A stretch of DNA of 64,000 nucleotides from the human T2T-CHM13v2.0 reference genome, Homo sapiens: assembly GCF_009914755.1 (NCBI RefSeq), contig NC_060940.1; one strand, 5' to 3'. A program made the translations under genes and the position numbers. Shown piece by piece: positions 1-12,249 of this stretch. The notes below the pieces were generated by a model that was not told where the DNA came from, searched no databases, and saw nothing but the letters and a program-made list of their open reading frames with translations. The first letter of the stretch is position 1; every line of letters begins with the position of its first letter.

Positions 1-3000
1 TCCATTTGATGATTTCATTTGATTCCATTCGTTAATGATTTCGATCAATTCCATTCGATGATTCCATTCGATTCCATTCGATAATGATTACATCCGAGTC
101 CATTCGATGATTCCCTTTGAGCCTGTTCGATAATTCCATTTGAGTCCAACCAATGATTCCATTCATTTCCATTCAATGATTCCATTCGAGTCCATTTGAT
201 CATTCCGGTAGGGTCCATTCGATGTTGATTCCATTGGAGTGCATTCGATGATTCCATTCGAGTCCATTTTAGGATTTGATTCGAGTCCTTTCGACGATTC
301 CATTCGATTCCACTCGATGATGATTTCATTCGAGTCCATTCGACACTTCCAATCGATTCCATTTGATGATTCCATTCGAGTCCAATTGATGATTCCATTC
401 AATTCCATTCGATGATGATTCCGTACGATTCCATTCTGTGATGATTCCATGTGATTGCATTCAATGATGATTCCTTTCGATTGCATTCGATTATGATTCA
501 TTTCGTGTTCATTCTATGGTTCCACAGGTTTCCATTCGTGTCCATTCCATTATTCCATTCTATTCCATTTGATGATGATTCCATTCGATTCCATTCATTG
601 GTGATTCCACTCAATTCCATTCAATGATTCCATTCCATTTCTTTCAACAATGATTCCATTAGTTTCTAATCGATGATCCACTTGATTCCATTTGACGACG
701 ATTCCATTCTTGTCCATTCGATGATTCCATTTGATTCCATATGATGATGATTCCATTCGATTCCATACCATGATGATTCCATTCGAGTCCATTCAATGGT
801 GATTCCATTCAATTCCATTCGATGATTCCTTTTGATTCCACTCGATGATGATGGCATTCGATTCCTTTCAATCATTCCCTTTGATTCCATTCAAAGGTGA
901 TTTCATTCAAGTCCATTCGATAATTGCATTCGATTCCATTGTATGATGATTCCATTCGAGTCCATTTGATGATTCCATTCAATTCAAGTCAATGATGATT
1001 CCATTCGATTCCATTCGATGATTCCATTGGATTCCATTCGATGATGATTCCATTCAAATCCATTCGATAATTCAATTCAAGTCCATTCGATGATGATTCC
1101 AATCGAATCCATTCAAAGATTCCATTCAGTTCCATTCGATGATTCCCTTAGATTCCATTCGATGATTCCACTTGATTGCATTTACGATGATTCCATTCGA
1201 TTCCATGTGATGATTCCATTCAATTCTATTCAATGATGTCTCCATTTGATTCCATTCGACCATGATTGCCTTTGATTCCATTCAATGATTCCATTCGGTT
1301 CCGTTTGATGATGATTCCGTTCGATTCCATTTGATGATTCCATTTGATTCCATTGGATGAGTCCATTCGATTACATTCGATGATTATTCCATTCGAGTGC
1401 ATTAGATGATTCCATTCGAGTCCATTCGATGATTCCATTCGATTCCATTCAATGTTGATTCTGTTCAAATCCATTCGATGATTCCACTCGATTCCATTCG
1501 TTGACTCCATTTGATCCCATTCGATGATTTCCTTTGATTCCCTTTGATGATCATTCCATTTGATTCAATTCGGTGATTTCATTTGATTCCATTCAGTGAT
1601 GTTTCCATTCGACTCCATTTGATGATGATTCCATTCGACTCCATTCGATTATGATTTCATTCAATTCCATTCGATAATGATTCCCTTCGAGTCCATTCGA
1701 TGATTCCATTCGATTCCATTCAACGATGATTTGATTCGTGTCCATTCGATGATTCCATTTGATTCCACTTGATGATGATTCCATTCGAGTCCATTTGATG
1801 ATTCCATTCAATTCCATACTCCGATGATTTCTTTTGAGCCCACTCAATGCTTCCACTCGATTCCATATGATGATGACTCCATTCGATGAAATTCGATGAT
1901 GATTCCATTCGCTTGCTTCGATGATGATTCCACTTGAGTCCGTTAGAAGATTTTATTCAATTACATTCCATGACGATTCCGTTCGAGTCCATTTGATGAT
2001 TCCATTAGACTCCATTCGACGATGATTCCATTCGATGTTATTCCATGATTCCATTCGATCTCATTCGATGATGATTCCATTCAACTCCATTCGATGTTTC
2101 CATTCGAGTTCATTCTATTATTCCATTAGATTCCATTCGATGATGATTCCATTCGATTCCATTTGACGATTGCATTCTATTTCATTTGATGATGATTCCA
2201 TTCGAGTCCACTCGATGATTCCATTCGAGTCCATTTAATGAATACATTGGTTTCAATTCTATGATGATTACATTGGATTCCATTCGTTGATGATTTCATT
2301 CGGCTCCATTCAATGATGATTCCATTCAATTCCTTTCAATGTTTCCATTCAATTCCATACGATGATGATTCCATTTGATTCGATTCGACAGTGAGCCATT
2401 CGATTCAATTCCATGATGATTCTATTTGATTCAATTGGTTGACATTTCCATTCGATTCCATTCGATGATGATTCCCTTTGATTCCGTTCAAAGATGATTC
2501 CATTCTAGCCCATTCAATCATTCCATTCGATTCTATTCAATGATGAATCCATTCATGTCGATTTGGTGATTCCATTTGACTTCATTTGATGATGATTCCT
2601 TTCAAGTTCATTAGATGATTCCATTCGATTCCATTTGATGATGATCCCTTTCGAGTCCATTCAGTGATTCCATTCGTTTCCATTCCATGATGATTCCATT
2701 CCTTTCCATTCAATGATTCCATTCGATTTCGTTTGATGATGATTTCATTCGAGTCCATTTGATGATTCCATTTGATTCCATTCGATGATGATTCCATTCG
2801 AGTCCATTCGATGATTCTATTCGAATCCATTTGATGATTTCTTTTGATTATATTTGGTGATGATTCCATTGGAGTCCATTCAATGATTCCATTCTATTCC
2901 AATCGATGATGATTCCATTAGAGTCCATTTAATGATTCCATTTGATTCCAGTCTCTGATGATTACATTCGAGTCCATACGATGATTCCACTCAATTCCAT

Positions 3001-6000
3001 ATGATGATGATTCCATTTGATTCCATTCGGTGATTCCATTCTATTTTAATCAATGGTGATTCCATTCTATTCTATTCAATGGTGATTCCATTCGAGTACA
3101 TTAGATGATTCCATTCGATTCCATTCAATGATGATTCTATTTGTGTCCCTTAGATGATTCCACATGATTCCATTAGATGATGATACTATTTGAGCCCATC
3201 CAATGATTCCCTTCGATTCCATTCGATGAGGATTCCATTCGATTCAATTCATTGGTGATTCTATTCAATTCAATTCTTTGATTCCATTCCATTCCATTCG
3301 ACAATGATTCCATTCGATTTCTTTCGATGATTCCACTCGATTCCACTTGACATTGATTCCATTCGATTCCATTCCATGATTCCATTTGATTCCAGTGGAT
3401 GATGATTGCCATCGATTCCATTCGATCACTCCATTCTATTCCATTTGATGATGATTACATTCGATTCCATTTGATGATTCCATCTGATTCTATTCGAGGA
3501 TTCCGTTTGATTCCATTCGATGATGATTCCATTCGAGTCCATTCGATGATTTCATTCCAGTACATCCAATGATTCCATTCGAGTCCATTAGATGATTCCA
3601 TTTGATTCCATTTGAAAATGATTCTACTAGAGTCCATTCAATGACTCCATTCGACTCCATTCAACAATTCCATTCGACTCCATTCGATGATTCCATTCGA
3701 TTCCATTTGATGGTTCCATTCGAGTCCATTTAATCATTACAGTCGAGTCCATTTGGTGATTCCACTGGATTTCTTTTGATAATGATACCATTCAATTACA
3801 TTTGATGATGATCCCATTCAACTTCATTTGATGATTATTCCATTAGAGTCCATTCGATGATTTCATTCGAGTCCCTTCATTGATTCCATCCGATTTCATT
3901 GGATGATGACTCCATTCGAGTCCATTCGATGATTCCACTCAATTCCATTAGATGACTCCATTGGAGTCCATTTGATTGTTCCATTCGATTCCATTCGATT
4001 CCTTTCGAAGATTATTCCATTTGAGTCCATTCGATGATGATTCCATTCCATTCCATTCGATGATTCCGTTTGATTCCATTCGATGATTCCCTTCGATTTC
4101 TTTCTTTGATGATTCCATTCCATTCCATTCAATGATTCCATTCGAATCTATTCCATGATGATTCCTTTCGATTCCATTCGCTGATGTTTCCGTTCAATTC
4201 CATTCGATGATGATTCCATTCGATTCCATTCATTGAGGATTCCATTTGATTCCATTCAATGATGATTCCATTCTATTCCATTCAATGATTGCATTCAATT
4301 CCATTCAATGATTATCCCATTAGAGTAAACTCAACGATTCCATTCAATACCATTCGATGATGATTCCTTTTGAGTCCATTCAATGATTTCATTCAAGTCC
4401 ATTTGATGATTCCTTTCAATTCCATTCTATGATGATTCCATTCGAGTCCATTCGATGATTCCATTCGATTGCATTCGATGATTCCATTATATTCCATTCA
4501 ACGGTGATTCCATTCGAGTCCATTCCATGATTCCATTAGAGTACATTTAATGATTGCTTTGTTTTCAATTCGAAGATGATTACATTGGATTCCATTCTAT
4601 GATACCATTCGATTCCATTCAATGATGATTCCACTCAAATCCATTGGATGATTCCATTCGTGTCCATTCGGTGATTTCATTAGATTCCATTCGAGGATGA
4701 TTCCATTCGATTCCATTCGATGATTCCATTCAATTCCATTCGATGATGATTCCATTCCAGTCCATATGATCATTCCATTTGATTTCATTCGATGATGATT
4801 CCATTCGATTCCATTCGACGATTCCATTCTATTCCATTCGATGATGATTCCATTCGAGTCCATTCGATGATTCCATTCGAGTCCATTTAATGATTCCATT
4901 GGGTTCAATTCAATGATGATTACATTGGATTCCGTTCTATGATTCCATTCAATTCCGTTCATTGACAATTTGATTCCATTCGATGATGATTCCATTTGAG
5001 TTCATTCGATGATTCTATTCGATTCTCTTCGATGGTGATTCAATTCTATTATATTGGATGATTCCATTCGATTCCATTTGATGTTGATTCAATTCGATTC
5101 TATTCGATGATGATTCCATTGGATTTCACTTGATGATTCTATTCGATTCCATTCAATGATGATTCACTTCTCGTCCATTGGATGATTCCATTTCATTCCA
5201 TTCGATGATGATTCCATTCGATTCCATTCGATGATTCCATTTGATTCCATGCGACGGTGAGCAATTCGATTCAATTCCATGATGATTCTATTTGATTCAA
5301 TTAGATGATGTTTCCATTCGAATCCATTCCATGATTATTCCATTGGAATCCATTTGGCGATGATTCCATATGAGTCAATTCAATGATGATTCCATATGGG
5401 TCCGTTCGATGATAATTCCATTTGATTTCATTCGATGCTTCTATTCTATTCCAGTCGATGATGATTCCGTTGGAGTCCATACGATGATTCCATTTGATTT
5501 CATTTGATGATGATTCCATTCGATGATGATTACATTGGATTCCATTCTATGATTCCATTCAATTCCATTCGTTGATGATTCGATTCCATTCAATGATGAT
5601 TCCATTTGAGTTCATTCGATGATTCTATTCGATTCCGTTCGATGGTGATTCAATTCTCTTATATTGGATGATTCCACTCGATTCCATTTGATGATTATTC
5701 CATTGGAGTCCACTTAGTGAATCCTTTAGATTCTACTCGACGATGATTCCATTCGAGTCCATTCGATGATACCATTCAATTCCATTCGTTGATGCTTCCA
5801 TTCAAGTGCATTCGATGATATCATTCGATTCCATTTGATGATAATTCCATTTGATTCCATGCGATGATTCTATTCGATTCCATTCAATGATAATTCCATT
5901 CAATTCAGTGATTCCTCTGGACTCCATTTGATGATGATTCCATTCAATGATTCCATTCGATTCTATTCGAAAATGATTCCATTTGAATCCATTTGATGAT

Positions 6001-6137
6001 GATTCCATTAGATTCCATTTGATGATTCCATTCGATTCCATTCGACGATGATTCCATTCGATTCCGTTTGATGATTCCATTCTATTCTATTCGATGATGA
6101 TTCCATTCGATTCCATTCGATGATGATTGGATTCGAT
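1..6137 (+). repeat. Higher-order unit 1 (6137 bp = 6112 + 26 - 1); unit phase arbitrarily set at window start
   Basis: Anchor ORF at 45 recurs at 6182. TCCATTTGATGATTTCATTT at 1 recurs at 6138. Extra 26-mer at 3029-3054 and 1-bp deletion near 1918. Confidence 0.93.
5293..5303 (-). promoter_or_regulatory. Candidate DUX4 site TAATTGAATCA (one per unit: also 11405, 17517, 23577, 29689, 35749, 41861, 47973, 54772, 60835)
   Basis: The + strand reads TGATTCAATTA; its reverse complement fits the DUX4 consensus TAAYBBAATCA. DUX4 binding and activation of HSATII is established, but binding at this particular site is inference. Confidence 0.4.
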
Positions 6138-9100
6138 TCCATTTGATGATTTCATTTGATTCCATTCGTTAATGATTTCGATCAATTCCATTCGATGATT
6201 CCATTCGATTCCATTCGATAATGATTACATCCGAGTCCATTCGATGATTCCATTGGAGCCCGTTCGATAATTCCATTTGAGTCCAACCAATGATTCCATT
6301 CATTTCCATTCAATGATTCCATTCGAGTCCATTTGATCATTCCGGTAGGGTCCATTCGATGTTGATTCCATTGGAGTGCATTCGATGATTCCATTCGAGT
6401 CCATTTTAGGATTTGATTCGAGTCCTTTCGATGATTCCATTCGATTCCACTCGATGATGATTTCATTCGAGTCCATTCGACACTTCCAATCGATTCCATT
6501 TGATGATTCCATTCGAGTCCAATTGATGATTCCATTCAATTCCATTCGATGATGATTCCGTACGATTCCATTCTGTGATGATTCCATGTGATTGCATTCA
6601 ATGATGATTCCTTTCGATTGCATTCTATTATGATTCATTTCGTGTTCATTCTATGGTTCCACAGGTTTCCATTCGTGTCCATTCCATTATTCCATTCTAT
6701 TCCATTTGATGATGATTCCATTCGATTCCATTCATTGGTGATTCCACTCAATTCCATTCAATGATTCCATTCCATTTCTTTCAACAATGATTCCATTAGT
6801 TTCTAATCGATGATCCACTTGATTCCATTTGACGACGATTCCATTCTTGTCCATTCGATGATTCCATTTGATTCCATATGATGATGATTCCATTCGATTC
6901 CATACCATGATGATTCCATTCGAGTCCATTCAATGGTGATTCCATTCAATTCCATTCGATGATTCCTTTCGATTCCATTCGATGATGATGGCATTCGATT
7001 CCTTTCAATCATTCCCTTTGATTCCATTCAAAGGTGATTTCATTCAAGTCCATTCGATAATTGCATTCGATTCCATTCTATGATGATTCCATTCGAGTCC
7101 ATTTGATGATTCCATTCAATTCAAGTCAATGATGATTCCATTCGATTCCATTCGATGATTCCATTGGATTCCATTCGATGATGATTCCATTCAAATCCAT
7201 TCGATAATTCAATTCAAGTCCATTCGATGATGATTAAAATCGAATCCATTCAAAGATTCCATTCAGTTCCATTCGATGATTCCCTTAGATTCCATTCGAT
7301 GATTCCACTTGATTGCATTTACGATGATTCCATTCGATTCCATGTGATGATTCCATTCAATTCTATTCAATGATGTCTCCATTTGATTCCATTCGACCAT
7401 GATTGCCTTTGATTCCATTCAATGATTCCATTCGGTTCCGTTTGATGATGATTCCATTCGATTCCATTTGATGATTCCATTTGATTCCATTGGATGAGTC
7501 CATTCGATTACATTCGATGATTATTCCATTCGAGTGCATTAGATGATTCCATTCGAGTCCATTCGATGATTCCATTCGATTCCATTCGATGTTGATTCTG
7601 TTCAAATCCATTCGATGATTCCACTCGATTCCATTCGTTGACTCCATTTGATCCCATTCGATGATTTCCTTTGATTCCCTTTGATGATCATTCCATTTGA
7701 TTCAATTCGGTGATTTCATTTGATTCCATTCAGTGATGTTTCCATTCGACTCCATTCGATGATGATTCCATTCGACTCCATTCGATTATGATTTCATTCA
7801 ATTCCATTCGATAATGATTCCCTTCGAGTCCATTCGATGATTCCATTCGATTCCATTCAACGATGATTTGATTCGTGTCCATTCGATGATTCCATTTGAT
7901 TCCACTTGATGATGATTCCATTCGAGTCCATTTGATGATTCCATTCAATTCCATACTCCGATGATTTCTTTTGAGCCCACTCAATGCTTCCACTCGATTC
8001 CATATGATGATGACTCCATTCGATGAAATTCGATGATGATTCCATTCGCTTGCTTTCGATGATGATTCCACTTGAGTCCGTTAGAAGATTCTATTCAATT
8101 ACATTCCAGGACGATTCCGTTCGAGTCCATTTGATGATTCCATTAGACTCCATTCGACGATGATTCCATTCGATGTTATTCGATGATTCCATTCGATCTC
8201 ATTCGATGATGATTCCATTCAACTCCATTCGATGTTTCCATTCGAGTTCATTCTATTATTCCATTAGATTCCATTCGATGATGATTCCATTCGATTCCAT
8301 TTGATGATTGCATTCTATTTCATTTGATGATGATTCCATTCGAGTCCACTCGATGATTCCATTCGAGTCCATTTAATGAATCCATTGGTTTCAATTCTAT
8401 GATGATTACATTGGATTCCATTCGTTGATGATTTCATTCGGTTCCATTCAATGATGATTCCATTCAATTCCTTTCAATGTTTCCATTCAATTCCATACGA
8501 TGATGATTCCATTTGATTTGATTCGACAGTGAGCCATTCGATTCAATTCCATGATGATTCTATTTGATTCAATTGGTTGACATTTCCATTCGATTCCATT
8601 CGATGATGATTCCCTTTGATTCCGTTCAAAGATGATTCCATTCTAGCCCATTCAATCATTCCATTCGATTCTATTCAATGATGATTCCATTCATGTCGAT
8701 TTGGTGATTCCATTTGACTTCATTTGATGATGATTCCTTTCAAGTTCATTAGATGATTCCATTCGATTCCATTTGATGATGATCCCATTCGAGTCCATTC
8801 AGTGATTCCATTCGTTTCCATTCCATGATGATTCCATTCCTTTCCATTCAATGATTCCATTCGATTCTGTTTGATGATGATTTCATTCGAGTCCATTTGA
8901 TGATTCCATTTGATTCCATTCGATGATGATTCCATTCGAGTCCATTCGATGATTCTATTCGAATCCATTTGATGATTTCTTTTGATTATATTTGGTGATG
9001 ATTCCATTGGAGTCCATTCAATGATTCCATTCTATTCCAATCGATGATGATTCCATTAGAGTCCATTTAATGATTCCATTTGATTCCAGTCTCTGATGAT

Positions 9101-12100
9101 TACATTCGAGTCCATACGATGATTCCACTCAATTCCATATGATGATGATTCCATTTGATTCCATTCGGTGATTCCATTCTATTCTATTCAATGGTGATTC
9201 CATTCGAGTACATTAGATGATTCCATTCGATTCCATTCAATGATGATTCTATTTGTGTCCCTTAGATGATTCCACATGATTCCATTAGATGATGATACTA
9301 TTTGAGCCCATCCAATGATTCCCTTCGATTCCATTCGATGAGGATTCCATTCGATTCAATTCATTGGTGATTCTATTCAATTCAATTCTTTGATTCCATT
9401 CCATTCCATTCGACAATGATTCCATTCGATTTCTTTCGATGATTCCACTCGATTCCACTTGACATTGATTCCATTCGATTCCATTCAATGATTCCATTTG
9501 ATTCCAGTGGATGATGATTGCCATCGATTCCATTCGATCACTCCATTCTATTCCATTTGATGATAATTACATTCGATTCCATTTGATGATTCCATCTGAT
9601 TCTATTCGAGGATTCCATTTGATTCCATTCGATGATGATTCCATTCGAGTCCATTCGATGATTTCATTCGAGTACATCCAATGATTCCATTCGAGTCCAT
9701 TAGATGATTCCATTTGATTCCATTTGAAAATGATTCTACTAGAGTCCATTCAATGACTCCATTCGAGTCCATTCAACAATTCCATTCGACTCCATTCGAT
9801 GATTCCATTCGATTCCATTTGATGGTTCCATTCGAGTCCATTTAATCATTACAGTCGAGTCCATTTGGTGATTCCACTGGATTTCTTTTGATAATGATAC
9901 CATTCAATTACATTTGATGATGATCCCATTCAATTTCATTTGATGATGATTCCATTAGAGTCCATTCGATGATTTCATTCGAGTCCCTTCATTGATTCCA
10001 TCCGATTTCATTGGATGATGACTCCATTCGAGTCCATTCGATGATTCCACTCGATTCCATTAGATGACTCCATTGGAGTCCATTTGATTGTTCCATTCGA
10101 TTCCATTCGATTCCTTTCGAAGATTATTCCATTTGAGTCCATTCGATGATGATTCCATTCCATTCCATTCGATGATTCCGTTTGATTCCATTCGATGATT
10201 CCCTTCGATTCCTTTCTTTGATGATTCCATTCCATTCCATTCAATGATTCCATTCGAATCTATTCCATGATGATTCCTTTCGATTCCATTCGCTGATGTT
10301 TCCGTTCAATTCCATTCGATGATGATTCCATTCGATTCCATTCATTGAGGATTCCATTTGATTCCATTCAATGATGATTCCATTCTATTCCATTCAATGA
10401 TTGCATTCAATTCCATTCAATGATTATCCCATTAGAGTAAACTCAACGATTCCATTCAATACCATTCGATGATGATTCCTTTTGAGTCCATTCAATGATT
10501 TCATTCAAGTCCATTTGATGATTCCTTTCAATTCCATTCTATGATGATTCCATTCGAGTCCATTCGATGATTCCATTCGATTGCATTCGATGATTCCATT
10601 ATATTCCATTCAACGGTGATTCCATTCGAGTCCATTCCATGATTCCATTAGAGTACATTTAATGATTGCTTTGTTTTCAATTCGAAGATGATTACATTGG
10701 ATTCCATTCTATGATACCATTCGATTCCATTCAATGATGATTCCACTCAAATCCATTGGATGATTCCATTCGTGTCCATTCGGTGATTTCATTAGATTCC
10801 ATTCGAGGATGATTCCATTCGATTCCATTCGATGATTCCATTCAATTCCATTCGATGATGATTCCATTCCAGTCCATATGATCATTCCATTTGATTTCAT
10901 TCGATGATGATTCCATTCGATTCGATTCGACGATTCCATTCTATTCCATTCGATGATGATTCCATTCGAGTCCATTCGATGATTGCATTCGAGTCCATTT
11001 AATGATTCCATTGGGTTCAATTCAATGATGATTACATTGGATTCCGTTCTATGATTCCATTCAATTCCGTTCATTGACAATTTGATTCCATTCGATGATG
11101 ATTCCATTTGAGTTCATTCGATGATTCTATTCGATTCTCTTCGATGGTGATTCAATTCTATTATATTGGATGATTCCATTCGATTCCATTTGATGTTGAT
11201 TCAATTCGATTCTATTCGATGATGATTCCATTGGATTTCACTTGATGATTCTATTCGATTCCATTCAATGATGATTCACTTCTCGTCCATTGGATGATTC
11301 CATTTCATTCCATTCGATGATGATTCCATTCGATTCCATTCGTTGATTCCATTTGATTCCATGCGACGGTGAGCAATTCGATTCAATTCCATGATGATTC
11401 TATTTGATTCAATTAGATGATGTTTCCATTCGAATCCATTCCATGATTATTCCATTGGAATCCATTCGGCGATGATTCCATATGAGTCAATTCAATGATG
11501 ATTCCATATGGGTCCGTTCGATGATAATTCCATTTGATTTCATTCGATGCTTCTATTCTATTCCAGTCGATGATGATTCCGTTGGAGTCCATACGATGAT
11601 TCCATTTGATTTCATTTGATGATGATTCCATTCGATGATGATTACATTGGATTCCATTCTATGATTCCATTCAATTCCATTCGTTGATGATTCGATTCCA
11701 TTCAATGATGATTCCATTTGAGTTCATTCGATGATTCTATTCGATTCCGTTCGATGGTGATTCAATTCTATTATATTGGATGATTCCACTCGATTCCATT
11801 TGATGATTATTCCATTGGAGTCCACTTAGTGAATCCTTTAGATTCTACTCGACGATGATTCCATTCGAGTCCATTCGATGATACCATTCAATTCCATTCG
11901 TTGATGCTTCCATTCAAGTGCATTCGATGATATCATTCGATTCCATTTGATGATAATTCCATTTGATTCCATGCGATGATTCTATTCGATTCCATTCAAT
12001 GATAATTCCATTCAATTCAGTGATTCCTCTGGACTCCATTTGATGATGATTCCATTCAATGATTCCATTCGATTCTATTCGAAAATGATTCCATTTGAAT

Positions 12101-12249
12101 CCATTTGATGATGATTCCATTAGATTCCATTTGATGATTCCATTCGATTCCATTCGACGATGATTCCATTCGATTCCGTTTGATGATTCCATTCTATTCT
12201 ATTCGATGATGATTCCATTCGATTCCATTCGATGATGATTGGATTCGAT
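6138..12249 (+). repeat. Higher-order unit 2 (6112 bp)
   Basis: Anchors 6182 to 12294. Confidence 0.93.
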
